A stretch of 47,402 nucleotides of DNA from Candidatus Micrarchaeota archaeon (GCA_029557835.1 JAKQHW010000060.1:1-47402); one strand, 5' to 3'. Shown: positions 1 through 9,988, counted from the first letter of the stretch. Notes: a model not told the origin generated them from the sequence alone. A program made the numbers and translations.

Positions 1-480
1 GAAGAAATCCTCCCTGAAAAGGAAATCCTGGAACCTTATTGCAAGGTCGAGCAGGTTGCCTCTCACCCCGTCTTCAAATCCGCTTCTTTTAAGCTGCTCT
101 TCCGGAACAGCGGAGACCGTTGAGACGAGTTCGAGGATTGCTTTCTTCTCCCCGTTGCTGGTTTCCCCGAGTATGCAAAATGAAATTCTAACCGCAAGCT
201 CTATGAACGGCCTCAGTTCTCCTTTCCCGGCGAGCTCCGCGATTTCATTTATTGCCTCCGTGCGCTCCTTCGCGTCCCCCCGGGCTATGGAATCCCTGAA
301 CTCGGAGAGGAGCTGGCGCCTCTCCTTTTCAAGCTCAACCACCCTCTGCACATCTCCGAACATGCAGGGCTGCTTCCTGAGGGCAAAATAAAACGCGCCA
401 ACTTCCTTTGCCGGCCGGTTTGCAGGGCTTGCGCCCACGTTTTCTGTCGCGGGATGTTTTATGAGCCTTAGGTGTGACAT
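1..480 (-). CDS. Hypothetical protein, 3' end outside the window
   Basis: ATG at 480 opens a stop-free minus frame to base 1 (MSHLRLIKHPATENVG...); AT-rich promoter-like sequence upstream; absent from the ORF track because it is truncated. Confidence 0.6.
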   Translation of the reverse strand, partial: MSHLRLIKHPATENVGASPANRPAKEVGAFYFALRKQPCMFGDVQRVVELEKERRQLLSEFRDSIARGDAKERTEAINEIAELAGKGELRPFIELAVRISFCILGETSNGEKKAILELVSTVSAVPEEQLKRSGFEDGVRGNLLDLAIRFQDFLFREDFF

Positions 481-531
481 GTGTACATTAATGTATATAA
501 GTGCTTTTTAAACGATGAGGTGGGCGGAAAA

Positions 532-906
532 TCAGATGAACTTGAGCCCCACAACACCGTCGTAGGCGGAGCGGTCCTTGGTGCAGAGGTACGCCTCGTT
601 CTCTATGCAGATTGCGGAATTGATGAGCTCCCTCATCCCTATCTCCACCTTCTGCGCGAAGAGCGATTCGTGGACCTTGTGCGCCCTCATCGCCGCCTTC
701 TTGTCGAACGGAAGCAGGGTGAGGTTGTCAAGTATCCTAAGCACCTTCCCCTTCTTTTTTACCGTGGAGATCAATTCGAAGAAGGTGAGCGGGGTTATGG
801 AGAGCTCCTCGCTGTCCACATAATGCTTTATCTTGGCGACAGTGGGCTTGTGCCCCTTCAGGAAATCCAGCAGTATGTCCGAGTCAAGGCATATTTTCGT
901 AGGCAC
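532..906 (-). CDS. vapC: PIN-domain toxin, VapC family
   Basis: N-terminal CLDSDILLDFL, TFFEL, C-terminal LCTKD; 124 aa; overlaps the upstream antitoxin. Confidence 0.85.
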   Translation of the reverse strand: MPTKICLDSDILLDFLKGHKPTVAKIKHYVDSEELSITPLTFFELISTVKKKGKVLRILDNLTLLPFDKKAAMRAHKVHESLFAQKVEIGMRELINSAICIENEAYLCTKDRSAYDGVVGLKFI

Positions 907-1114
907 GCTTCCACCCCTTTTTCGCGAACAGGGACGCCCCCTTGTGCACGTCCCCGTCCCCTATCACCCCGGCAAAATCCAGGAGCCCCTTCTTCCTAAC
1001 GTTGTTTTCCCTGAGCAGGTATTCTATGGCCTCGCTGAAACTCATCCCGTTCTTTGTCTTCAGCTCACTGAGGTGGTTGTATACGTCATCGCGGATGGTT
1101 ATCACGCGGACCAT
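884..1114 (-). CDS. vapB: Archaeal VapB-type antitoxin
   Basis: MVRVITIRDDVYNHLSELK..MSFSEAIEYLL pattern; small gene directly upstream of and overlapping vapC. Confidence 0.8.
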   Translation of the reverse strand: MVRVITIRDDVYNHLSELKTKNGMSFSEAIEYLLRENNVRKKGLLDFAGVIGDGDVHKGASLFAKKGWKRAYENMP

Positions 1115-1267
1115 GTGCATGTATACACTAAATACATTTATATGTTTATCTTCGGTGCGGCAAACTGGGAGTGGAAAATGGTATAAGCATGTGTACCAAA
1201 AACCTCCGTCTGAGAATAAAAACTATATAAAGATTCCGAGCCACAAAAAAAGTACAAGGTGGAAAAT

Positions 1268-2347
1268 ATGGACGACCTTATAAAATCTGTCGTAGGGGAT
1301 AGCACGCCCAAGTCTTCGGAATCCGATGACATGAGCTCGGAGACGATCAAAATCGTAACCGTGGGCGCGGGCGGTGCCGGGAACAACACCATCAACAGGC
1401 TGATAAAGTCTGGGGTGAAGGGGACCGACCTGGTGGCTGTGAACACCGACAAGCAGCACCTCAACCAGATACACGAGAGGGCGAGGAAGGTGCTTATCGG
1501 GAGGAGCATAACCAAGGGGCTCGGCGCGGGCGGCTACCCTGACGTGGGCGCAAAGGCGGCCGAGGTCGACAAGGCCCTCCTTGAGAAGGAGCTCGAGGGC
1601 GCGCACCTGGTCTTCATATGCGCGGGCATGGGCGGAGGCACGGGCGGCGGTTCCGCACCCATCATCTCCCAGATCGCGAAGGAGCAGGGCGCGATAACCG
1701 TGGCGATGGTCACCTACCCGTTCGCGCTTGAGAGGGCGAGGAGGAAGAAGGCCGATGAGAGCATCGCAAAGCTCAGGCAGTACTGCGACTCTGTGATTAT
1801 CCTTGACAACAACAGGCTGGTCCAGCTGGTCCCGAACCTGCCCATGACCGAGGCTTTCGCGGTGGCGGACGAGATCCTCGCGAGGGCGATCTCGGGCCTC
1901 GTCTGGACGATCACCCAGCCGTCCCTCATCAACATCGACTTCGCGGACGTGAGGTCCATCATGCAGGGAGGCGGCGTAGGCTTCATCGCGGTCGGCGAGG
2001 GCAAGGGGACGGACAAGGTCACCGCGGCCGCGGAGGCGGTCGTGAAGAACAGGCTCCTTGATGTCGACTTCGAGGGCGCAAAGGGCGCGCTCATCCACAT
2101 CTCTGGAGGCTCCGACCTCTCACTCGGCGACGCGATAAAGGCCGGGGAGATAATCACCGAGAAGATGGACCCGGAGGCCAACGTGAAGTGGGGCGCCAGG
2201 ATCATGCAGAACTACGATGGGAAGCTCGAGATAGTGGCCATCGTGACCGGCGTGAAGGGCGCGTCCATACTCGGCGCGGAGATGAACCAGGAGAGCAGGG
2301 ATTCCGGATTCCCGACGTTCGGCGGGGACCTGGACATGCTCGGCTGA
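1268..2347 (+). CDS. ftsZ: Cell division protein FtsZ (FtsZ2-like), copy A
   Basis: GAGGAGNN, AVNTD, GLGAGG, GMGGGTGGG, T7 loop PSLINIDFAD; AGGTGG RBS before ATG 1268. Confidence 0.97.
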   Translation: MDDLIKSVVGDSTPKSSESDDMSSETIKIVTVGAGGAGNNTINRLIKSGVKGTDLVAVNTDKQHLNQIHERARKVLIGRSITKGLGAGGYPDVGAKAAEVDKALLEKELEGAHLVFICAGMGGGTGGGSAPIISQIAKEQGAITVAMVTYPFALERARRKKADESIAKLRQYCDSVIILDNNRLVQLVPNLPMTEAFAVADEILARAISGLVWTITQPSLINIDFADVRSIMQGGGVGFIAVGEGKGTDKVTAAAEAVVKNRLLDVDFEGAKGALIHISGGSDLSLGDAIKAGEIITEKMDPEANVKWGARIMQNYDGKLEIVAIVTGVKGASILGAEMNQESRDSGFPTFGGDLDMLG

Positions 2348-2360
2348 AGGTTTCGGCAAC

Positions 2361-2403
2361 GGGGAACCTTCGGGTTCCCCCTCTTTTCATTTTATGTTTT
2401 TTC
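2361..2403 (+). terminator. Hairpin plus T-rich tract after ftsZ copy A
   Basis: GGGGAACC-TTCG-GGTTCCCC (8-bp stem, C(UUCG)G tetraloop) followed by CTCTTTTCATTTTATGTTTTTT. Confidence 0.75.
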
Positions 2404-2456
2404 CTGATTTTGCAATTCATTAAAAATCTAATTGTGCAACTAATAGCGGTGCTTTT

Positions 2457-3551
2457 ATGCTCGGTATCGTCAACGACGTCGTCTCTGAAGGCAAGGCCGC
2501 TGTTTCTGTTCCACAGAAGGAATTCGACCCCTCGGGGGTGAGGATTGCGGTCATAGGGACCGGAGGCGCGGGGTGCAACTCCGTCTCGAGGATAACCAAG
2601 CAGGGGATAAAGAGCGCAAGGACGATAGCGGTGAACACCGACGCGAAGCACCTCAGGATAACCGAGGCGCACAAGAAGCACGTGCTTGGGTACAACATAA
2701 CCAAGGGGCTCGGGGCAGGCGGAGAACCGTCCGTCGCGAGGAAGGCGGCGGAGGCGGACCTCGACAAGCTCCGCGAGCTCGTTGGCGAGAACGAGATAGT
2801 GTTCATACTCGCAGGCATGGGAGGGGGGACCGGAACCGGCTCCGCTCCGATACTCGCACGCGTGGCGAAGGAGCAGGGGGCGATAGTTGTCGGAGTGGTC
2901 ACTTTCCCGTTCAGCATAGAGAGGGTCCGCGTGAAGAAGGCCCGCGAGGGGCTAAACGACTTCATGAAGGAGGCGGACACTGTGATAGTGATAGACAACA
3001 ACCGGCTGCTTGGGTATGCGCCGAACCTTCCCCTCAACAAGGCGCTCGAGCTTGCGGATGAGGTCGCGGCCCGCGCGGTCCGCGGAATCGCCGACACTAT
3101 CGTTTTCCCGTCCCTCATGAACGTGGATTATGCGGACGTTAAGAGCGTGATGAAGGGAGGGGGGCTGGCGATGATTTCCATAGGCGAGGGGAACGGCTCG
3201 GACTTCGTCAAGAACGCCGTTTCCAACACCCTGCAGCATCCTTTGCTTGATGTGGATTATGAGGGCGCGAAGGGGGCGCTCATCCACATAGAGGCGGGCC
3301 AGAGGCTCACCCTCGGGGAGGCGGTGGAGATAGGTGAGGGGGTCTCTTCCGGCTTTGACGACGGGGCGAACGTGAAGATGGGGGCCAGGATTTCGGATGC
3401 ATTCATGGGAGGGGTGCGGGTGACCGCGATAGTGACCGGGGTCAAGTCCCCGAACCTGTTCGGCCAGGCATCCAATCCGTCCCAGGCGCAGGGCATGGTC
3501 GCGACGGCCTCCAGCACGCTTCAAGAAGGGCTGATTGACGAGTTCATGTGA
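2457..3551 (+). CDS. ftsZ: Cell division protein FtsZ (FtsZ2-like), copy B
   Basis: GTGGAGCN, AVNTD, GMGGGTGTG signature, T7 loop PSLMNVDYAD. Confidence 0.97.
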   Translation: MLGIVNDVVSEGKAAVSVPQKEFDPSGVRIAVIGTGGAGCNSVSRITKQGIKSARTIAVNTDAKHLRITEAHKKHVLGYNITKGLGAGGEPSVARKAAEADLDKLRELVGENEIVFILAGMGGGTGTGSAPILARVAKEQGAIVVGVVTFPFSIERVRVKKAREGLNDFMKEADTVIVIDNNRLLGYAPNLPLNKALELADEVAARAVRGIADTIVFPSLMNVDYADVKSVMKGGGLAMISIGEGNGSDFVKNAVSNTLQHPLLDVDYEGAKGALIHIEAGQRLTLGEAVEIGEGVSSGFDDGANVKMGARISDAFMGGVRVTAIVTGVKSPNLFGQASNPSQAQGMVATASSTLQEGLIDEFM

Positions 3552-3604
3552 GCGCTCTCCTGCTTTTATAACCTTTTTCCTATAAATCACTTCGGGGTAT
3601 TTTA

Positions 3605-6550
3605 ATGATAGAATTCAGCCCGTTATACCTATTGCTATTGTTGTTCATGGGATTTTTCATCCCCGGGATAATTTTCTCGCTCGGCCTCCTTAAACGGAAG
3701 GAGCTTCCCCTGTTTGACAAGGCCGGGATAGGGCTGGGCATCGGGATGGTGGTCCCCGCGCTCATCGCCTTCCTCCTCTCCTTTTTTGGGGTGCTTTTCT
3801 CCTACCCCATCGCGCTCGCCTCCATAGGGATATTCTATGCCATTGCGATTGCCCTTTTCGTAAAGGAGAAGGCATGGGAGCAGTTTTCCTTCCCTGCCGA
3901 CCCGAAATTGGTGGTTTCATCGGTTGCGCTCGCGCTCCTGATTTTGCTCACCTTCTGGATAAGGATACAGACGCACAGTCCGGTTTTCATGGAATTGGAC
4001 CCCTATTTCTACATGTTCGTGACACATTACATAATAACCGAGGGGGAGGTGCCCCTGACCGACCAGACCGCATGGTATCCGCTTGAAACCTCGCACAGGT
4101 CGGTCCCGCTCAAGGCATACCCAGAGGCCATCGGCTATTCCTTGTATACCTATGGGGGGGAATATAACCGGTATTTGCTTTCCGACCTCGCGGGAAGCTT
4201 CCCGCCCGTGCTTGCGGCTTTGGCGGTGTTCTTCTTCGCGCTCTTCATCTCTTCGGAATATAAAAGGGAATTCGGCATAATCGCCGCCGCTGTTTTTTCC
4301 TTCATTCCCATGTTCCTCATGAAAACGCTCGCGGGCGAGAGCGAAATCCAGCCGTATGCGTTCTTTGCGCTGGCGTTCTTTTTCGCGATGTACGCGCTTG
4401 CGGTTAAAAGGAAGGATTTCACCTTTGCGGGGCTTGCGGCGCTCGCCTTCCTTGCATGCATGGCGGGGTCGAGCTCATATGTGGTAATATTCGCGGCCCT
4501 GATAATATTCATCCCCCTGCAGGCGGTGATGCTCTTCTTCCAGAAGGAGCCCGTGCTTGAGTTCGTGAAATTGAATGCAGTGGTCGCGGCAGGGGCCGTG
4601 TTCGCATCAATCCTCACCAGCTCCTATTCCGCCGGCGAACTCTCCTTCTCAGGCCTTTTGGGGAGCACAATGCTGGGATTGTATGGGGTTCTTGCGTTCG
4701 CGCTTGCCCTCTCCATGGTAAGGGAAAAGGTGAAGGACCTGGAGGCCGCCACCTATGCCCTCGGCGGGCTTGTCCTCGTGGGGATTGTGGTGATGGCATT
4801 TACCCCGATCGGGGGGGCGATCACCTCCCTCGCTGGCGGGACCTTGGGCATTGCGACGTTCACCCTCCCTCTGCACAAAACCATCGCGGAGCAGGGCGTC
4901 GCCGGGTCGGAGTTCCAGGGAACCCTCGGGTTTTCCGGGATGGTTTTCTCCGGGATTCCCGCGCTGCTTTTCGCAATCCCCTCCGCCGTGATGAATTTCG
5001 TTATGGGGACGATTGTGGCCTTCCTGAACGGGCTTTTCGGGGCCGGGATAACCTACACCGAGAAGGACAACAGCATGCTCCTGCTCATCTATTTCATGGC
5101 CATCCTTGCGCTTTCGCATTCTTTGTACAGGAAGCTGAAGTTCAACGACCTTCGGCTGCCCCTGCTCTTCATCGCGATAATATTCCCCATTTCCGTGGTG
5201 GGGATGCTCAAGACCAAATACACCATCTACCTCGGCTTCGCGACCGCGATCGCGTTCGGGGTGGTGCTGGGGGAGATTTTCGATTTCGCCATTCTCCGCG
5301 CAAAGAACCTGAAGGAGGAGGCGGAGAGGAAGAAATGGGCGCAGTATGCGTTCATGGGGCTGGTCATATTCGGCTCCCTCTTCGCGTATTCCCAGGCGGC
5401 GATGCCGCCGTCCATAGGGAAGGCGCTGCTCTCCAATTCGATGCAGGAGAGGTTCGCGGAAAACCCGCTTGGCGCACAGGCGAAGCTGCGCGCGGTTTGC
5501 GCGATGTACGACCCCATGGGCGTGAGCAGCGACCCGGTCTGCCTCGCGGCCAGGGACCCTGTGGGCTTCGCCAACCTTGGCACCAACTACCAATACCACC
5601 AGACCGTCTGCGCCTATTCCATAATCTCAAACCCATCCGCACCCACCGAAGACGAGAGGATAGCGGTGCAGTACAGGTGCATGATGAGGCTTGACTACTA
5701 TTGGATAGAGCTGATGGAGTGGATGGAGAACGAAAGCCCCCGGGATGCGCGCTTCACCTCCTGGTGGGACTACGGCCACTGGACCAACTTTTTCGGGGAC
5801 AGGAACACCGTCCTGAGGAACGAGCACGCCTCCCACGACATGATAGTGGAGGTGGCGCACGGCTTCCTCTACGGGACGCCCGACGAGCTCCGCACCTTCA
5901 TGCTCGCCCACGATTCCAAATACGTCTTCTTCGACCAGGAGATACTGGGCGCGATAAAGCCGGACGGCTTCATGAGCTTCGGCGGAAAATACGGGGCGCT
6001 CAACTACCTCTCCTGCTCGCGCAACAACCAGACCGGGGTGGGGCAGAACCCCGGCGAGTCCCTCTGCGAGGCCGAGCACCTGTGGGAGAGCGTCTACGTC
6101 CCCGTAGGGCTGCAGGCGCAGGAGTGCGCGATAACCTCCGCGAAGAAGGGCTCGGTCGGGTACACCGTCCGCTCGGTCGGGGCCCAGAGGAGCTTCGTGC
6201 CCACCTACTGCGTGGGCGAGGTGGCCCTTGCGGACGGGACGAAGGCCCTGGGGACCTATTACCTTGACGAATCAAAGAAATCCCCGAACGGGGACCTCAA
6301 ATTGAACAAGGCCCGCCTGAACCTGGATTACGAGGATTCCGCCCAGGGCTTCCGGCTCTACACCGCGCTCTACGACCGCTCCAGGATATGGGTGGAGAAC
6401 GGCGTGCTGGTGGACGGGTGGGAGGACAGGAAGGGCAAGTTCTACGACTCCAACCTGTACAACGGGTTCGTGCTCGGGTCGCTTCCAGGGTTTGATCTGG
6501 TCTACCAGACCTCCGGCGGGGAAATAAAGGTGTTCAGGATAAGGGAATGA
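3605..6550 (+). CDS. aglB: Oligosaccharyltransferase AglB (STT3 family)
   Basis: Multi-TM N-terminal region with ELDPYF, TIAE (TIXE) motif, WWDYG motif in the C-terminal soluble domain. Confidence 0.9.
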   Translation: MIEFSPLYLLLLLFMGFFIPGIIFSLGLLKRKELPLFDKAGIGLGIGMVVPALIAFLLSFFGVLFSYPIALASIGIFYAIAIALFVKEKAWEQFSFPADPKLVVSSVALALLILLTFWIRIQTHSPVFMELDPYFYMFVTHYIITEGEVPLTDQTAWYPLETSHRSVPLKAYPEAIGYSLYTYGGEYNRYLLSDLAGSFPPVLAALAVFFFALFISSEYKREFGIIAAAVFSFIPMFLMKTLAGESEIQPYAFFALAFFFAMYALAVKRKDFTFAGLAALAFLACMAGSSSYVVIFAALIIFIPLQAVMLFFQKEPVLEFVKLNAVVAAGAVFASILTSSYSAGELSFSGLLGSTMLGLYGVLAFALALSMVREKVKDLEAATYALGGLVLVGIVVMAFTPIGGAITSLAGGTLGIATFTLPLHKTIAEQGVAGSEFQGTLGFSGMVFSGIPALLFAIPSAVMNFVMGTIVAFLNGLFGAGITYTEKDNSMLLLIYFMAILALSHSLYRKLKFNDLRLPLLFIAIIFPISVVGMLKTKYTIYLGFATAIAFGVVLGEIFDFAILRAKNLKEEAERKKWAQYAFMGLVIFGSLFAYSQAAMPPSIGKALLSNSMQERFAENPLGAQAKLRAVCAMYDPMGVSSDPVCLAARDPVGFANLGTNYQYHQTVCAYSIISNPSAPTEDERIAVQYRCMMRLDYYWIELMEWMENESPRDARFTSWWDYGHWTNFFGDRNTVLRNEHASHDMIVEVAHGFLYGTPDELRTFMLAHDSKYVFFDQEILGAIKPDGFMSFGGKYGALNYLSCSRNNQTGVGQNPGESLCEAEHLWESVYVPVGLQAQECAITSAKKGSVGYTVRSVGAQRSFVPTYCVGEVALADGTKALGTYYLDESKKSPNGDLKLNKARLNLDYEDSAQGFRLYTALYDRSRIWVENGVLVDGWEDRKGKFYDSNLYNGFVLGSLPGFDLVYQTSGGEIKVFRIRE

Positions 6551-6589
6551 AAATGGTGGGCATCCTTTTGGATGCCCTTTGGTTTTTAG

Positions 6590-9500
6590 TCATCTCCACT
6601 CTGGATAAACTGTGCGGGCCCGCCTTCCTCTACCCACGCGCCTGCCCTTCAGGTCTTCACCATGCTCGGAATTCCATGTGCGGTTTCCCCTTGCCGCCCC
6701 GTACAAATCATCTCTTTCATCCGGATTCGCATTCCAGTACTCTCTCTGGAGGTTCTCCGGAAGGTTCACAAACTGGGAAGCCCGCTCAGATGGTGAGAGC
6801 CCCTGGAAATGCTCCCTGAGCCACGCCTCCGTCCTCATGCCCCAAAACTCGGTTCCGGAAGCATATTCGGCTATGCTTCCGGTGCCCGTTGCCGGAAGAA
6901 CCGTTCCCCTAGGCCTGTGGGGCAACAGCTTCAGCACAAATCTAAGGCCATACTCCGGAGAAACCGTTGCCAGGAGTTCCTGGCTCCCGGAGTATATCCT
7001 GCCGAATTGCTCCATGAAATGGGCCGAGAGTTGCCCTGCTTCCGCAGTTGGATTGTCACGCATGAACAATGCGATGTCCGCAAGCAGGCCCATGCGCTCT
7101 GCACTAAATGAAACCCTCCTGCCTGCCGCAGGAAATGCCTCAGCAAGCTCAGCCGTAACAGTGCGAATCGCAGGATAAGATTCTGAAAGGCTCTCCATAA
7201 GGCGGTTCTCTATGTCGACTTCGCCCGGCCTTCTTCCGGGGGCAGAAGCCGCCAGGCGTATCGTTCCAAGGAGATATACAAGCGCCTGCTTTTCCGCATT
7301 CCTGTCCGTGAAATAGTTCTCTACCGCATCCAGGATATTGGAGTAGCGGCTGAACTGGTCCCTCAGGAATTCCCTCTCCAGCTGGTCCCCGGTCATTGAC
7401 GGGCTTGTTGAGAGCTTCTTCAGCACGGAAACGTATGCGTTTACCCTGTCCTGGCCCTCCAGGGCCGCGTCTATCAGATTGGAAACGCCGCGGTAGTTCT
7501 GCAGGTACGCCCTCGCGAACGCAACGGCCACCTGCGTGGAATCGGCGGCCTGGATTCCGGCTGCAATGCCCCACATCTGCAGATACCTTTCGGCGCTGGC
7601 TGATTGCGCCCTGCCCGCGCCCACGGCCGCATCTATCACCTGCGCGACCGGCCCGGCCGCGCTTATGAATGCAGGGTTGCGCCTCATTTTCTCGAATATT
7701 TCCGCCTCGTTTGAGAGGGAGCCCCTCCTGCCCACGCGCGTGGAATCAAACAGTTCTCTGTATACGTCCAGCCTCTGCGCCTGCGGAAGGAACCTGTTCC
7801 CTATGAAGAGCGTCCTTGGATTATCGGAGCCGGTCACGAATTTGAAGAATGCTTCGTAGAAGGCGAGTTCGGCCTGGTTTCCAGCCTTGCCCTCCATCGC
7901 GGCAGATGCCATGGACATGAACTCAGCGGCATCCTGCGCCCTTGCCGCATCAAAGCGGCTTACCCTCTGTGCATTCGCCTCGAGGCCATAATCTGTCCTG
8001 GTTTCGAAACCGAATGCCCGAGTGAGGAATTGGGAGATGCGGCCTCCGAGAAGCGGGTCCGCGTCGTTTATGCTCGTGTATGCATCCGAAACCGAAACAA
8101 GCCTCTGCTGCGTATCGCGCTGCGCCTCGTTTAAGGCTGGGGTTGCTTCGGTCCGCACAGCCGGCCGAGGGGGGGCGGTGACTCCAGCACTCGGGGCGCT
8201 TGCACCACTGGAACCGAAAAGGGAGTTGTAAGCAAGCGTGAACGGGCCGCGCTCTGTTGCGCCAAGCCATGATGCCACCTGCCAGCCGACAAGGCCATAG
8301 ACGGCGAGGCCCGCTGCGCCACCGACCCTCTCCCCGATTGCCCTTCTGGGGCCAAAGGTGGTTCTGAGCCCCCTAGCCAGTGGCCTGTATGTGAGCGCGG
8401 CAAAAACGGAACCTCCCGCATTGATAACTCTCGCAAGTGTTGACGACTCCCCTCTCCAGGCTTCGCTCACCATGCGCCAAGGGGCGATGAACGCCTCGTC
8501 AAATGCCGCTGTGAACGAGCCGCGGATTATATTCACCTTGGGAAGCCCGTCCTCTAAAACCATCCTTACGCTGTTTGGATCCGCAAATTGCGGGCTCCGG
8601 ATTATGGAATTGAGTCTGTTCATGTCCATCAGTCGCTCTCTGCTCCCCCTTGCAAGCATTGATTCCATGGCGTCTTGGGCAACGCCTGCTTCTGCAAGCA
8701 ATGCATTCATGTTCAATGCCCCGCGGGCTTCGGGAGGGACACTTCTTATTTTGTCAAATAGGCCCTGAACCGCCTGGCGTGCATCCTGGGCTGCAGCTCT
8801 TGCAGCCCGTTCGTATGGAATTTCGCCTGGTGCTCCGGATACCCCCGCCATCCTCCTCTCATAAACGTAATTATAGAGGTTCTGCGCAACTCTTTCCACC
8901 ATTCTGGTCTCGGCAGAAGTGATGGCTGCAAGGAACCTGGATGCCGCGCCGCCTATTCCCACGCTACCGAGCCCTGCCTGGATGTACCTGTCCACGTCCT
9001 CCAGCGTGGCGGCTTCCCTTCCGTTCTGCCTCGAGGTCATCTGGCCCGCGACAAGAACGCCTTCATAGAAGGCGAGTACCTGTTCGGGGGTTGGATTCGG
9101 GGTGGAGGTGAAGAATGTATACGCCCTGTCAAGGTATGTGAGGGCAAGCACGTCCTCAAGCGTCAGCCTGTAGTTCTCGAACTCCGAGAAGTCCGCTCCT
9201 GCCTCACGTTGGGATGCTATGAATGAGTTGATTTCATCCTCCGTTATCTCGCCCTGCGGCTGCTGGACAGGGGTGGGAACGACCTCCTCTGCGCCCCTTC
9301 TCCTGAAAAGGCTTCCCACAATGGGAATTGATTCAAGCCAGGGGCGCGACCCTGGAGCCATGGTGGTTTCCGCAGGGGCCGCGGTTGCCTGCGCGAACAA
9401 TGATTCCAGGTTCTGCTGCACAACGCCCCCGAACGCCTCGTTTATCCTGACCGCCTGGTTTGCGCTGAACTGCTCCCCGAAGTTCTGCGCCATCATGAGT

Positions 9501-9988
9501 ATCGCCTGGTCCCTGAGCGCAAGCTTCTGCTCTTCCGTGAGGGAGGAGTATCTGTCTGACCATGCCCTCTGGTCCCTTACGCCCCCGAGCATCACCTCCC
9601 TTCTGTACGGCTGCCCGGTCCCGTCTAGCGCGGCCATGAGGTCGTTTGCCCTCTGGAGAAGCAAGTTCTGGTTTCCGCTCCTTACCACAGCAGAAACGCT
9701 GGGGTCTGAGGAGAGCCTTGACAAATCTTCCGCTGCCGCCCTTATGCCTTGTGGAGCCTGAGCCTGGACCATGGTTTCACCATTACTATTCCTGTTTCCT
9801 GAGTTTATAAATGTTGCTTCGTTAGGGCGGGAGAATGAGGTTGCTGGGATGGAGGCCGCAAGTATGGCGGCGACCGCCTTTGCCGCGCGTGTGTCCGGCA
9901 GCCTGGTCCTGGGGCCCTCAGGGACCATCCGGCGTGCGGGCTCGCTGTTTGGTTTTTCGGCTTCCTTTGGCATGGGCATCACGTCCAC
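6590..9988 (-). CDS. Large hypothetical protein (1132 aa)
   Basis: 3.4-kb open frame; Ala-rich, helical-looking; hydrophobic N-terminal and central segments; no recognised family. Confidence 0.8.
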   Translation of the reverse strand: MDVMPMPKEAEKPNSEPARRMVPEGPRTRLPDTRAAKAVAAILAASIPATSFSRPNEATFINSGNRNSNGETMVQAQAPQGIRAAAEDLSRLSSDPSVSAVVRSGNQNLLLQRANDLMAALDGTGQPYRREVMLGGVRDQRAWSDRYSSLTEEQKLALRDQAILMMAQNFGEQFSANQAVRINEAFGGVVQQNLESLFAQATAAPAETTMAPGSRPWLESIPIVGSLFRRRGAEEVVPTPVQQPQGEITEDEINSFIASQREAGADFSEFENYRLTLEDVLALTYLDRAYTFFTSTPNPTPEQVLAFYEGVLVAGQMTSRQNGREAATLEDVDRYIQAGLGSVGIGGAASRFLAAITSAETRMVERVAQNLYNYVYERRMAGVSGAPGEIPYERAARAAAQDARQAVQGLFDKIRSVPPEARGALNMNALLAEAGVAQDAMESMLARGSRERLMDMNRLNSIIRSPQFADPNSVRMVLEDGLPKVNIIRGSFTAAFDEAFIAPWRMVSEAWRGESSTLARVINAGGSVFAALTYRPLARGLRTTFGPRRAIGERVGGAAGLAVYGLVGWQVASWLGATERGPFTLAYNSLFGSSGASAPSAGVTAPPRPAVRTEATPALNEAQRDTQQRLVSVSDAYTSINDADPLLGGRISQFLTRAFGFETRTDYGLEANAQRVSRFDAARAQDAAEFMSMASAAMEGKAGNQAELAFYEAFFKFVTGSDNPRTLFIGNRFLPQAQRLDVYRELFDSTRVGRRGSLSNEAEIFEKMRRNPAFISAAGPVAQVIDAAVGAGRAQSASAERYLQMWGIAAGIQAADSTQVAVAFARAYLQNYRGVSNLIDAALEGQDRVNAYVSVLKKLSTSPSMTGDQLEREFLRDQFSRYSNILDAVENYFTDRNAEKQALVYLLGTIRLAASAPGRRPGEVDIENRLMESLSESYPAIRTVTAELAEAFPAAGRRVSFSAERMGLLADIALFMRDNPTAEAGQLSAHFMEQFGRIYSGSQELLATVSPEYGLRFVLKLLPHRPRGTVLPATGTGSIAEYASGTEFWGMRTEAWLREHFQGLSPSERASQFVNLPENLQREYWNANPDERDDLYGAARGNRTWNSEHGEDLKGRRVGRGRRARTVYPEWR

